DNA of 51,144 nucleotides. It comes from Octopus bimaculoides (Eukaryota). The stretch lies in the NCBI RefSeq assembly GCF_001194135.2, contig NC_068981.1, positions 17,032,191-17,083,334 on the forward strand, in the 5' to 3' direction. Under the pieces are notes generated by a model, which saw only the letters and a program-made list of their open reading frames with translations, ran no database searches and was not told the DNA's origin. The stretch's first letter is position 1. Each line of letters starts with the position of its first letter. Positions 1-12,665 of this stretch are shown here, piece after piece. Position numbers and translations under genes: made by a program.

Positions 1-156
1 TATATATATATATATATATATATGCATATGTAAGTGATAACTATTATTTTTTTTTATCACATATTGTAGATTCTTCAACGATTCAAATGTGGAAAACGAC
101 TATTACGATGACATTAATATCTCCACAGATATTGGGCTCATTATTTGTATATCCAA

Positions 157-159
157 GCG

Positions 160-195
<36 letters not shown>

Positions 196-237
196 ATCAG
201 ACAGACAGACAGACAGACAGACAGATAGGTAGATAGG

Positions 238-290
<53 letters not shown>
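157..290. repeat. Compound tetranucleotide microsatellite (ACAG)n-(ATAG)n
   Basis: Directly visible gaca/gata tandem arrays. Confidence 0.97.
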
Positions 291-292
<2 letters not shown>

Positions 293-889
293 ATTGAAAA
301 CAAAGAAATGAGTGTAAACATCAGCCATCATCAACGATATAAGAGCAGCGTAATTAATAAACATTTTATTAATTTGAATGCAATGAGTAAATCGTTTCAT
401 CTGAAAATTTGTCTGTGGTGAAATGATTTGCATCTAAATTAATGAATTATGTACAAATTATGTATTATGTATGTAAAAATTAAAACTCTGAAAATGTTTG
501 TGTATGTTTACACTTCAGCCATGAAAGCAGATGTAGCACAAAGTGAATGACGTTTTGAAATATCATCGCGTTGGTTGTTTAATATTCTTCTCTGAACTCT
601 GGCTTTAGCCAATTTTTACTCTATGCGTTCATTCTACGTCAGTGGGTATACAGGACTGCAAAATATCGATAAGTGTCGTTCTCGTTCTCTTCCAGGTCAA
701 TTCGTTTCGCCTGGCTTTGAAGTGAAGTATTTAGTGTCTTTTGAACAATCCATGTCTCTAAAGAGACCTTGCCTCGACGAAATAGCGCAGCCTAAAAGCA
801 TTTGACAGCACACACACACATACAGTGTGCATGGCATTGATAGTGTTTATAATATAAAGCTGCTTCAATTAAAAATTTTGGGGAAAAAA

Positions 890-1211
890 AGTGACACCTT
901 CTACTAGAGCATTGGACCGACTAAAACCTTGTGAGTGGATTTGGTAGACGGAAATTGAAAGAAGCTCGTCGTATATATATGCGTATATAATAGTGTGCCT
1001 GTCTTTGTCTCCATACCATCACTTGACAACCGATATTGGTGTGTTTACGTCCCTGTAACTTAGCGGTTCAGCAAAAGTGGGAGATCAAATAGGTACTAAG
1101 CTTACAGAGAATAAGTCCTTGAGTCGATTTGATCGACTAAAGGCGGTGCTGCAGCGTGGTCGTAGACAAATGACTGAAACACGTAATAGAAAAAAAGAAA
1201 AGAATAAAAGA
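890..1211 (+). mobile_element. SINE family A copy, 5'-truncated (CORE-like segment, microsatellite linker, 3' module)
   Basis: Matches the reverse complement of the full copies at 3595-4002 and 20840-21280 (ccttgtgagtggatttggtagacggaaa...gtaacttagcggttc...gtcgatttgatcgactaaaggcggtgct...gactgaaac). Confidence 0.9.
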
Positions 1212-1651
1212 ATATATGTATATATATGTCTATATATATGTCTATATATATATATAAATATATATATATNNNNNNNNNNNNNNNNNNNNNNNNNNNNNNN
1301 NNNNNNNNNNNNNNNNNNNNNNNNNNNNNNNNNNNNNNNNNNNNNNNNNNNNNNNNNNNNNNNNNNNNNNNNNNNNNNNNNNNNNNNNNNNNNNNNNNNN
1401 NNNNNNNNNNNNNNNNNNNNNNNNNNNNNNNNNNNNNNNNNNNNNNNNNNNNNNNNNNNNNNNNNNNNNNNNNNNNNNNNNNNNNNNNNNNNNNNNNNNN
1501 NNNNNNNNNNNNNNNNNNNNNNNNNNNNNNNNNNNNNNNNNNNNNNNNNNNNNNNNNNNNNNNNNNNNNNNNNNNNNNNNNNNNNNNNNNNNNNNNNNNN
1601 NNNNNNNNNNNNNNNNNNNNNNNNNNNNNNNNNNNNNNNNNNNNNNNNNNN

Positions 1652-1824
1652 GAGTGAGTGAGTGAACGAGTGAGTGAGTGAGAGAGTGAGTGAGTGAGTG
1701 AGTGAGCGAGTGAACGAGTTGAGTGAGTGAGTGAGTGAGTGAACGAGTGAGTGAGTGAGCGAGTGAGTGAGTGAGTGAGTGAGTGAGTGAGTGAGTGAGT
1801 GAGTGAGTGAGCGAGTGAGTGAGA
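1652..1824. repeat. (GAGT)n microsatellite next to an assembly gap
   Basis: Directly visible; N-gap at 1270-1651. Confidence 0.97.
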
Positions 1825-2129
1825 GAACATTCAACCATATTTGTCTAGAAGTTGCAGTTCACATTTTGCATAGAAAATTGTTACAAAAATCTACATGAAA
1901 ATGAAACTGAAAAGAGCAAATAGCTTTTCAACTGACGTTACATGTCAACTGTTATTAATGAAGTTTAATCATTAAAAGCGCTCCCATGTTGAACACATTC
2001 ACTTACAAAATGATTTACTAACATGATTAACAAATAGCTGCTGCATACAAAATACGTAACTGCAAAATATATTATAATATCAAAGTAGTCATTAAGTAAA
2101 TAAAGTCTGAATATACATTACGTTTAATG

Positions 2130-2365
2130 TTAAACACTACACGATTAATTAATAGCAACAGATTGATACAACTTAAAATCCAGTTAGACGCTATCAAATT
2201 AAGATACTTCATCACTCCTGTTTTTAAAATGTCCTCACATTCCAATTCTGTCAACCTTTTATGAGTATCACATGATGCTGTTACTTACATTGTTTCAAAT
2301 CTCCTTTCGTGGTGGTCTTGGCCATCAGCTCCTTAATGATCGTCTCCAGTTCCATCTAAACTACT
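2130..2365 (-). pseudogene. Decayed RTE-like non-LTR retrotransposon, N-terminal AP endonuclease relic
   Basis: Minus strand reads MELETIIKELMAKTTTKGDLKQCK*...WNVRT(fs)LKTGVMKYL. WNVRT is the start motif of LINE AP endonucleases. Stops and frameshifts are present. Confidence 0.4.
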
Positions 2366-2665
2366 TGATATTCTTGTCTTCAGAATCTGTTCTTTACTCT
2401 CTCAGTCGAAATTTCATCCCAAGCATTTTATTCCCACACCCTTACACAAAAGAATTACAAAAGATGGGCATGGATTTTTGAGTTTCTTCCCTTTGTTACC
2501 CAATCCTTCACCGGCTTATTGAGTACTACATCCAAAACGTTTGGCAAATAAGTGAGGCCATCTCATATCATAACTTTGTTTCGTCACTTCAACTTCTCTT
2601 TGCATTTTTTTTTGTTTTTGCTTTTTTTTACTTCTACATTTTGTGCACAGAACTGGTCGTATTCT

Positions 2666-2900
2666 CATTTCTTTATTGCTCACAGGGGGCTAAATATAGA
2701 AGGGACAAACAAGGACAAACAAAGGGATTAAGTCGACTACATCGGCCCCCAGTGCTTAACGGGTACTTAATTTATCGACCTCGAAAGGATGAAAGACAAA
2801 GTCGACTTCGGCGGAATTTGAACTCAGAACGTAACGGCAGACGAAATACCGCTAAGCATTTCGCCCGGCGTGCTAACCACTCTGCCAGCTCACCGCCTTA
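2666..2900 (-). mobile_element. SINE family D, full-length copy with tail type 2
   Basis: Pol III A-box-like TGGCAGAGTGG and B-box GAGTTCAAATTCC on the minus strand; tail ...agccccctgtgagcaataaagaaat; candidate TSD GTCGTATTCT at 2656-2665 and 2910-2919. Confidence 0.9.
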
Positions 2901-3594
2901 TTCTATTTAGTCGTATTCTAGTTAGAATTTCATCAGAGTCTCTGGTCCCTTTTTTGTACAATTCTTTTACCCACGATTTAATACTGTTGTCATCCATTAA
3001 GCCTATGAGAAAGCAGTGAAACAAAATTCCAGTTAGCATTTCCCCTGTCTTTGATAATTATTCCCTCTTATACAAAAGCAGTGTTTAATCCCATTTGCCA
3101 TGCGCAAATCTACCCTAATGAAATGGAAACTTTCATGTCACTATGGTCTTTAATTAAATAATCTCCTTTCCTTTAATGACACCTGTACAGTCTCCAGGTA
3201 GCTCTAATTCTGAATACGGTTTATCCACATTACCAATTCGTTCATATTGAAAATCATTCTACAGACATGATATCAAAAGAGCCTCACGAAATTATTTTGG
3301 GCCACACATTAGTTTCTAGTATATTTTGGTTTTCTGTGGTTGAACAACTCCATTTCTCACACTCGAAGAATTATTCCATCCTATAGAAGCTTTTAGATTA
3401 TGGAGTAGGAGATAACACGATGGCCCTCGATCTTATACATATTGTAGTTGCAATTGTAGCCTCTACTACAGTGATCCAGTCTATCAGTTCTCTCTCAATC
3501 TCTAGATATTGAAAATTTCCTTTGCATATCGTTTTTAGTAAATGATTCTTTATTGTTATTCGACATTTTTAGTAAATTATTTTTTATTGTTATA

Positions 3595-4002
3595 CTCTCT
3601 CTTTTACTCTTTTACTTGTTTCGGTTATTTGACTGTGGCCATACTGGAGCACCGCCTTTAGTCGAGCAAATCGACCCTAGGACTTATTCTTTTGTAAGCT
3701 TAGTACTTATTCTATCGGCCTCTTTTGCCGAACCGCTAAGTAATGGGTACGTAAACACACCAGTAACGGTTGTCAAGCAATGTTGGAAGGACAAACACAG
3801 ACACAAAAACACACACATACATGTATATACATATATACGACGGGCTTCTTTCAGTTTCCGTCTACCAAATCCACTCACAAGGCTTTGGTCGGCTCGACGC
3901 TATAGTAGAAGACACTTGCCCAAGGTGCCACGCAGTGGAACTGAACCCGAAACCATGTGGTTCGTAAGCAAACTACTTACCACACAGCCACTACTACGCC
4001 TA
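3595..4002 (-). mobile_element. SINE family A, full-length copy (tRNA-derived head, CORE-like domain, microsatellite linker, 3' module)
   Basis: A-box TGGCTGTGTGG and B-box GGTTCAGTTCC; CACCTTGGGCAAGTGTCTT resembles the CORE-SINE domain; (gagtaaaa)-like tail; more than 10 related copies in the window. Confidence 0.93.
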
Positions 4003-4780
4003 TACCTGTAATATCTGTTATCTGTAATTTTCACAACTTTTTCTCATGCAAAGACAAAGCTTCCCTCTGCAGCTCTATTGCCGATACCTTCGACAAATTC
4101 TAACATTAATCTTTAAATTAGCATTACACCAAAAGTTCCAATTATGACAATTTTTGACAATCGGTAAAATTTTACTTTTCTATATCTTATTCATCTGACA
4201 CAAAAAAACTTGTGAAACTACTGGGATTTTTTTTGTTTCGTTCTATCTCATATATTCCTTTTTATCTCCTATGTCCCTTTTAGATGTTGCCCTAAATACC
4301 CCTCGCTCTCATTACTCTCAATTATCTATGGTCATTCATCATCATTCTATTCTCCATCCATCCCCATCACTGTATCAATCTAGTCTCAAACTTCTTACCT
4401 AATACGTTTAAAATTATACTGTTTCTTTCAAATTCTGCCATCTCACCACGGTTTCAGCAAATTAACTTAGTTTAACTCATAATTAACTCATAATTCGTTG
4501 TATCTAGGCTATTCGCTCTCGCATGTTTACTAAAGTAAAACATAGACCTAAAATAACTTCAAGTTTATTTCTCATGTTTTCAAAACTACATTATGTATTC
4601 GAAAAGCTTGCGAAAATGTGAGATGTATATTCATATTTTTCTCGGCATTTATATCACCAGGTAACATTGATAATTGTGAAGTTTGTTGTACAAGATTCCT
4701 TACCCTAGCGCATATGCTACACGCCTAAATAATTTTTTAAGAGCTTTACAAAGACTGCCTGTTATACACGAGAATACGTA

Positions 4781-4832
<52 letters not shown>

Positions 4833-4836
<4 letters not shown>

Positions 4837-5140
4837 GCCTGACTGGCCTTTGTAGGGTTTTCGAGCGAGATCGTTGCCGGTGCCCCTGGACTGGCTCTTG
4901 TGCGGGTGGCACATAAAAGACACCATTTCGAGTGTGGCCGTTTTCGTGCGGGTGACACGTAAAAGCACCCACTACACTCTCTGAGTGGTTGGCGTTAGGA
5001 AGGGCATCCAGCTGTAGAAACTCTGCCAAATTAGATTGGAGCCTGGTGTTGCCATCCGGTTTCACCAGTCCTCAGTCAAATCGTCCAACCCATGCTAGCA
5101 TGGAAGGCGGACGTTAAACGATGATGATGATGATGATGAT
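4833..5140 (+). mobile_element. SINE-like family C fragment ending in a (GAT)n tail
   Basis: GC-rich body with an internal duplication (tgcgggtggcacataaaag / tgcgggtgacacgtaaaag), a GGAAGGGCATCCAGCTGTAGAAAC motif, and 3' end gcatggaaggcggacgttaaac(gat)n typical of an RTE-type tail. Confidence 0.8.
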
Positions 5141-6219
5141 ATATAATGAACTTGGATAGAATTTGCTTATAGTTTCATATAGTCCTATTTCAGCCATTAA
5201 ACGCGCGTAGTCTATGTACACGCACTGACTTTTATACATTTATACTATTACACATTATATTATTGTATTAATTTTTACTCTCCCATTTATACTTTATTTG
5301 ATATTTAGATTAATATTTTTATGATGAATGGTTCTTTATATAATATATTACATATTATTAAAATTATTAGAATTTTAGATTAAAATCTTAGATATGGTAT
5401 ATGCCTCACAGCATGGTTTTGGACGGGCTCTTCGTTGACTGAGTTGTAGAGTGGTGCTTCGTCTCTAAATTAATTATATACATATGTATTATATATTACA
5501 AAACTCGGTGTAATATTCTACCGAATTTTACCTGTAAGGCTGGAAGAAGTTTTTATTCCCTAATATTATTACTATATATATATATATATATATATNNNNN
5601 NNNNNNNNNNNNNNNNNNNNNNNNNNNNNNNNNNNNNNNNNNNNNNNNNNNNNNNNNNNNNNNNNNNNNNNNNNNNNNNNNNNNNNNNNNNNNNNNNNNN
5701 NNNNNNNNNNNNNNNNNNNNNNNNNNNNNNNNNNNNNNNNNNNNNNNNNNNNNNNNNNNNNNNNNNNNNNNNNNNNNNNNNNNNNNNNNNNNNNNNNNNN
5801 NNNNNNNNNNNNNNNNNNNNNNNNNNNNNNNNNNNNNNNNNNNNNNNNNNNNNNNNNNNNNNNNNNNNNNNNNNNNNNNNNNNNNNNNNNNNNNNNNNNN
5901 NNNNNNNNNNNNNNNNNNNNNNNNNNNNNNNNNNNNNNNNNNNNNNNNNNNNNNNNNNNNNNNNNNNNNNNNNNNNNNNNNNNNNNNNNNNNNNNNNNNN
6001 NNNNNNNNNNNNNNNNNNNNNNNNNNNNNNNNNNNNNNNNNNNNNNNNNNNNNNNNNNNNNNNNNNNNNNNNNNNNNNNNNNNNNNNNNNNNNNNNNNNN
6101 NNNNNNNNNNNNNNNNNNNNNNNNNNNNNNNNNNNNNNNNNNNNNNNNNNNNNNNNNNNNNNNNNNNNNNNNNNNNNNNNNNNNNNNNNNNNNNNNNNNN
6201 NNNNNNNNNNNNNNNNNNN

Positions 6220-6576
6220 ATGCTGGAGCACCGCCTTTAGTCGAGCAAATCGACCCCAGGACTTATTCTTTGGAAGCCTAGTACTTATTCTTTCGGTCTC
6301 TTTTGCCGAACCGCTAAGTTACAGGGACATAAACACACCAGCATCGGTTGTCAAGCGATGTTGGGCGGACAAACACAGACATACAAACATACATATATAT
6401 ATACATATATACGACAGGCTTCTTTCAGTTTCCATCTACCAAATCCACTCACAAGGCATTGGTCGGCCCGAGGCTATAGTAGAAGACACTTGCCCAAGAT
6501 GCCACGCAGTGGGACTGAACCCGGGACCATGTGGTTGGTAAGCAAGCTACTTACCACACAGCCACTCCTACGCCTA
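6220..6576 (-). mobile_element. SINE family A copy (3' end lost in a gap)
   Basis: High similarity to 3595-4002. Confidence 0.92.
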
Positions 6577-6891
6577 TGTATGTGTATATAGAAAATATAC
6601 ATATATATACACACATATATATACACACATATATATATAATATATGAGGAGATAGGCTATGAGAGTGAGTGAGTGGGAGTGAGGAGAAAGACATGTGAGT
6701 GAAATAACTGAAGATGGATGGTTAAAATATTCTGATAATTTACGTAAGTAGGATGAACGAAATCTAATAACATAAAGAATCTTTCAATAAATTTAAATTT
6801 TCTATTTTTCAGAAGACATTTCAATTCATTGAGGGTATTTTGCGTACATCATCAATCAATATATCACCACTTACCTGAAAATACATCTGTC

Positions 6892-6972
<81 letters not shown>

Positions 6973-7860
6973 NNNNNNNNNNNNNNNNNNNNNNNNNNNN
7001 NNNNNNNNNNNNNNNNNNNNNNNNNNNNNNNNNNNNNNNNNNNNNNNNNNNNNNNNNNNNNNNNNNNNNNNNNNNNNNNNNNNNNNNNNNNNNNNNNNNN
7101 NNNNNNNNNNNNNNNNNNNNNNNNNNNNNNNNNNNNNNNNNNNNNNNNNNNNNNNNNNNNNNNNNNNNNNNNNNNNNNNNNNNNNNNNNNNNNNNNNNNN
7201 NNNNNNNNNNNNNNNNNNNNNNNNNNNNNNNNNNNNNNNNNNNNNNNNNNNNNNNNNNNNNNNNNNNNNNNNNNNNNNNNNNNNNNNNNNNNNNNNNNNN
7301 NNNNNNNNNNNNNNNNNNNNNNNNNNNNNNNNNNNNNNNNNNNNNNNNNNNNNNNNNNNNNNNNNNNNNNNNNNNNNNNNNNNNNNNNNNNNNNNNNNNN
7401 NNNNNNNNNNNNNNNNNNNNNNNNNNNNNNNNNNNNNNNNNNNNNNNNNNNNNNNNNNNNNNNNNNNNNNNNNNNNNNNNNNNNNNNNNNNNNNNNNNNN
7501 NNNNNNNNNNNNNNNNNNNNNNNNNNNNNNNNNNNNNNNNNNNNNNNNNNNNNNNNNNNNNNNNNNNNNNNNNNNNNNNNNNNNNNNNNNNNNNNNNNNN
7601 NNNNNNNNNNNNNNNNNNNNNNNNNNNNNNNNNNNNNNNNNNNNNNNNNNNNNNNNNNNNNNNNNNNNNNNNNNNNNNNNNNNNNNNNNNNNNNNNNNNN
7701 NNNNNNNNNNNNNNNNNNNNNNNNNNNNNNNNNNNNNNNNNNNNNNNNNNNNNNNNNNNNNNNNNNNNNNNNNNNNNNNNNNNNNNNNNNNNNNNNNNNN
7801 NNNNNNNNNNNNNNATGTATGTATGTATGTATGTATGTATATATATCTAATATAGGACAA

Positions 7861-8500
7861 GATTTTCAAAAAATTTACCAGTGGCCGTCATATTAAAAAA
7901 TACTTTTTAAGGTGAAAATTATAAACAGCATATAAATAAGGGAAAAGAAAAAAATTGCAATGCGAAATATGCCACGAATAGACTGTAAATCTTCAATAAC
8001 CTCATATAATTCATTTTTATAAGCCCACGTCTCGAAGCAAGCTGACAGAAATTTCTAAAAATTCCGTTATTACCGAATCAGTTCGATTTCTGAGTTAATT
8101 CATTAAGAATTTTCATGTCATCAGTGGTAAATACATTGAGAAATAAATGAAATACTTACTTGCACCCATGGAAGAAGCAGACACAAAGTCATATGTACAC
8201 TTAAATACCCCAAATATATCCAAATAGAAATTTCACAGTACACCTCGTGACTCGTGCAATCAGACTGCAAATACTCATAGAGTAAGTGACAGTCCGGAAT
8301 TGAATTTTCAAAGAAATTTATTAGTGTCCAGCATATTAAAATATACTTTTTAAGGTGAAAATTATAAACAACTCATGAATAAGGGCAAAAGAATAAAATT
8401 TCAATGCCAAATATGACGAGAATACACTTTAAATCGTCAATTACCGCATATAATTCATTCTTATAAGCACGCGTCTCGAAGCAAGCTGACAGAAATTTCT
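7861..8500. repeat. Diverged ~195-bp direct repeat pair (7861-8056 and 8302-8500)
   Basis: Shared blocks tactttttaaggtgaaaattataaaca and gtctcgaagcaagctgacagaaatttct. Confidence 0.9.
8145..8290 (+). pseudogene. Relic of an XPG/FEN1-like nuclease domain as found in Academ-type DNA transposases
   Basis: With a 1-bp frameshift it reads NEILTCTH-EEADTKSYVHL...IR(fs)TANTH, resembling the HEEADT...IRTxDTDV motif. Confidence 0.4.
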
Positions 8501-8649
8501 CGGCATATTTGGCATAGGAATTTTTTTCTTTCGCCTGTATATATATATATATATATATATNNNNNNNNNNNNNNNNNNNNNNNNNNNNNNNNNNNNNNNN
8601 NNNNNNNNNNNNNNNNNNNNNNNNNNNNNNNNNNNNNNNNNNNNNNNNC

Positions 8650-9023
8650 ACTCAGTCGGTTACGACGACGAGGGTTCCGGTTGATCCGGTCAATGGAACA
8701 ACTTTCTCGTTAAATCAACGTGCAAGTGGCTGAGCACTCCGCGGACATGTGTACCTTTAACGTAGTTCTCGGAGGAGGTTCAACGTGACACAGAGTATGA
8801 CAAGGCGACCTTTGAAATACAGGTACAACAGAAACCGGAAGATAGAGTGAGAGAAAGTTGTGGTGAAAGAGTACAGCAGGGTTCGCCACCCCACTGCCGG
8901 AGCCTCGTAGAGCTTTAGGTGTTTTCGCTCAATAAACACTCACAACGCCCGGTCTGGGAATCGAAACCGCGATCCTACGACCGCGAGTCTGCTGCCCTAA
9001 CCACTGGGCCATTGCACCGCCAC
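8650..9023 (-). mobile_element. SINE family B, long-tail subtype
   Basis: tRNA-like head gtggcggtgcaatggcccagtggttagg...ggtttcgattccc; closely similar to 43251-43637. Confidence 0.93.
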
Positions 9024-9530
9024 TGCATCTATACACTGAGTGTCAAACAACAGGATGTCTACACACTGTATAAATCTAACTGTTATGCATACACTGTGTA
9101 TGAATAGCGGCTCTCTCCACGCGACATCAATGTGGGGGTTATCTAGTTTCAATCAGGACTATATAAACCCACTGTGTATACCTAGAAGATATCCCAAAAA
9201 TATGCTTGTATATGTTCTATCTACACACTGCCTGTCTAGTGTATATCTGCACATGTTAGTTGATGATATCTTTGTGTATCTGTGTTTATCCATCTTCTAC
9301 ATGCTGTGTCTCTACAGGTTAACTTTACAAAACATGTATATTTAGATGTTTCAGATAATATCTAGACTACACATTGTGTCTGTCTACATGGCATCTACAC
9401 ATATTGCCTATCTAGTCGGTATGTATACTCGATGTTTGTTTGTATTTACACATTGTGTCTATTTAGATGTCTACATATTATAACTGCGTAAATAGTATCT
9501 ACACATTATATCTATGACTACATTGTAACA
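9024..9530. repeat. Degenerate low-complexity array built on TCTACACA(C/T)TG-like units
   Basis: Recurrent tctacacac/tctacacat/ctacacattg motifs at irregular spacing. Confidence 0.6.
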
Positions 9531-10489
9531 ATGCCGTAAAACTTTATACCCAACACAAAAAAGGAGACATTTTCTATAATTAATTATGGGAAATAATGTC
9601 AGTCTTATTTAGAGACTCAAGAGATTGCCTCCCTTTCGTATCTATATAACATATATTGCTTACATAGAAAAGCTTATGTATATACTTACGGACATACAGC
9701 CATGCAGGAATACACACATTTACATAGATACGAAATAAAGAGAAACACATACTTAGACATAAAAACAAACACAAAAGCACTCAAGTATTGATGGTTTTAT
9801 GTTTTTAGAACCCATTCGGCCTGAATGTATGAATAATTATGTGTATTTTTGGTGAGGTGCGTATGTATACAAGGGAGTGTTCTGACTGAATGTTTGTATA
9901 TCTATGTGTAGTTATGTAGGTGAATTGTTTGTGTGCATATGTATGTGTGCGCCCGAAGGCATCTTACTAGTGATTTTAATTATATATATATATATATATA
10001 TNNNNNNNNNNNNNNNNNNNNNNNNNNNNNNNNNNNNNNNNNNNNNNNNNNNNNNNNNNNNNNNNNNNNNNNNNNNNNNNNNNNNNNNNNNNNNNNNNNN
10101 NNNNNNNNNNNNNNNNNNNNNNNNNNNNNNNNNNNNNNNNNNNNNNNNNNNTTTTTTTTTTTTTTTTTTCTAATTGATACTCCCCTGTCATATTAAGTAG
10201 TTTTATTTGCCTTGGGGAATACACGACTGTTTGCTTGATGCACTGAGAGATTGCTAAATATGTGTTTGACAAAACAATTAAAACATTTGCTATGGTGCCA
10301 AATAGATTTGCTCTCCTCCAAACTAATGAGCCGGCTGTAGAGGCTATCATTCCAACACACTGTACTGACTTGACAAAGGAAATTACTTCTCGAAGTTCTA
10401 GTTAAAAACTTTGAAGGATCGTTATTTTTGGAAATAAGTTACCACTTCTACTCACACAAGACAGTCAGAATTGAGGCTACGAGTAACTT

Positions 10490-10935
10490 TCTTACTAATC
10501 CTCGGTCTGCTAGTAATAGCAGTGCTAAATTCCCTCCTGAATCACATCTGACTGTTTTTAAAAATGAAGAGCAAATTAGACAGCGTAGATAGGTAAATTA
10601 TGTCTGCGAAAAACACAAAGATATTAACTTCATCATTGTTAAGTCTGCTTGAGCAAGGCTGACCTGGGGTTAAATGACAATAGCAAGAGGAGGTACAGAT
10701 ATTGTGGTCAGAAATACACTATTGGGATATTGGATGGGGTGAGATAGATATGGGCGGAATTTCTTTGACCATAGGCAACCTTGTTTTTCTAAGGCTTATT
10801 TTGGGTCTAAACACTGATTTTCCTAAACATTAAATACACTGGTTAGATATTGTAATCATCAATACATTATTTGGAATCCTTTTGACCATAGGCAAGTCTG
10901 CTTGAGAAGAATGTCCTGGCTTTAGACAACAACAA
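10490..10935 (+). mobile_element. Family F short interspersed repeat, several decayed head-to-tail units with (AAC)-type ends
   Basis: ggtctgctagtaatagcag...aatcacat..., tttgaccataggcaa(gtctgcttgag) repeated; related to 40180-40320 and 42620-43750. Confidence 0.6.
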
Positions 10936-11326
10936 GGAAGATCACAGTACATTATTTATTAATTGTTACGCTATCTCCGAAATAAAAAAGGCAGAATGGT
11001 CACGAATGGACTCATTGATCATAGTTAATTTATTCAAAAGTACGCTTGGTAACAACAAAAATATCGACAAGATCATGGGAAACGCATCAAACAAATGATC
11101 GACATTTTTAGAGCATCCAGGGTGGTAACCGATACCACCGACCTCAATGTTTGAGTGGTATTTACAATATGGAAGCTGAAAGGATTAAAAGTCAATGTTG
11201 AACTGGGCGGGATTTGAACTCGGAACATAAAGAGCCATAGGAAAACATTAAATAATGTAGCTATTGATACACTGATTTTCCTAAACATTAAATACACTGG
11301 TTTTTAGAAATATTAAAAAAACATTA

Positions 11327-11650
11327 GTGGAGGCGCAATGGCCCAGTGATTAGAGCAGTGGACTCGCGGTCGGAGGATCGAGGTTTCGATTCACAGATCG
11401 GGCGTTGTGTGTGTTTATTGAGCGAAAACACCTAAAGCTCCACGAAGCTCCGGCGGGGGATGGTGGCGAACCCTGCTGTACTCTTTCACCACAACTTTCT
11501 CTCACTCTTTCTTCCTGTTTCATGAGTAACGCTAGGATGGACTGGCGTCCCGTCCAGCTGGGAGGGGGAACACATACGCCATAGAAACCGGGAAACCGGG
11601 CCCATGAGCCTGGCTAGGCTTTGAAAGGGCGCATAAATAAAAATAAAGAA
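11327..11650 (+). mobile_element. SINE family B, alternative-tail subtype
   Basis: Head and body match 8650-9023 and 43251-43637 up to ctctttcttcctgttt (~11520), then an unrelated tail gatggactggcgtcccgtccag...gggcgcataaataaaaataa. Confidence 0.92.
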
Positions 11651-12267
11651 NNNNNNNNNNNNNNNNNNNNNNNNNNNNNNNNNNNNNNNNNNNNNNNNNN
11701 NNNNNNNNNNNNNNNNNNNNNNNNNNNNNNNNNNNNNNNNNNNNNNNNNNNNNNNNNNNNNNNNNNNNNNNNNNNNNNNNNNNNNNNNNNNNNNNNNNNN
11801 NNNNNNNNNNNNNNNNNNNNNNNNNNNNNNNNNNNNNNNNNNNNNNNNNNNNNNNNNNNNNNNNNNNNNNNNNNNNNNNNNNNNNNNNNNNNNNNNNNNN
11901 NNNNNNNNNNNNNNNNNNNNNNNNNNNNNNNNNNNNNNNNNNNNNNNNNNNNNNNNNNNNNNNNNNNNNNNNNNNNNNNNNNNNNNNNNNNNNNNNNNNN
12001 NNNNNNNNNNNNNNNNNNNNNNNNNNNNNNNNNNNNNNNNNNNNNNNNNNNNNNNNNNNNNNNNNNNNNNNNNNNNNNNNNNNNNNNNNNNNNNNNNNNN
12101 NNNNNNNNNNNNNNNNNNNNNNNNNNNNNNNNNNNNNNNNNNNNNNNNNNNNNNNAGATAAGTATACGAAGTTTGAAAGTCTTTCGGTACCAAAAACACT
12201 ACATAAAACATAAATGAAAACTGTGCCCCCGTTTTGAAATAGATCCGAGAAATGTTCTCCTCTCATA

Positions 12268-12360
12268 ACGTGGCGAGCTGGCAGAATCGTTAGCACGCTA
12301 GAAAAATTATTCTTATGGCTCTTTACTTTCTGAGTTCAAATTCCCCAAAGATCTACTTTC
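12268..12360 (+). mobile_element. SINE family D 5' fragment
   Basis: ggcgagctggcagaatcgttagcacgc...ctgagttcaaattcc. Confidence 0.8.
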
Positions 12361-12364
12361 TAGC

Positions 12365-12422
12365 AGCAGCAGTAGTTGTAGTAGTAGTGGTGGTGGTGGT
12401 GGTGGTAGTTGTAGTAGTAGTG

Positions 12423-12463
<41 letters not shown>
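12365..12463. repeat. (GTA)n/(GTG)n trinucleotide microsatellite
   Basis: Directly visible. Confidence 0.95.
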
Positions 12464-12665
12464 TTTTTTGTTTAACCACTAAGGGCAATTTTATACAGTC
12501 ATCCACGAAACTGGGAATATTAAGGTTAAGAGTTTTAAAAAAACCACGTGAGGTAGGACAAACATGTCAATAAAATAAGTACCGGTTTAACACGGGTAAA
12601 TATAATCCACTAGCCTCTCCATTAAAATTGTTCGCCAAAATCTGAAGCCAATATTTGTCAACACT

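Noticed and set aside
623-805. 60-aa ORF and a strong acceptor-like tract gttctcgttctcttccag at ~677-694
   Set aside because: No recognisable domain and no convincing donor; kept out of the exon chain
2290-2357. Apparent minus-strand exon MELETIIKELMAKTTTKGDLKQ ending in GTAAGT
   Set aside because: Better explained as the 5' part of a decayed RTE ORF continuing into WNVRT
2950-4480. Possible CR1-like endonuclease remains on the minus strand (GNFQYLEI...DW)
   Set aside because: Too degenerate to call without alignment
6820-6890. Minus-strand CAG/GTAAGT with the peptide VSGDILIDDVRKIPSMN*, reminiscent of nucleotidase or ABC motifs
   Set aside because: Only 17 aa, next to a gap, with no partner exons; chance resemblance is likely
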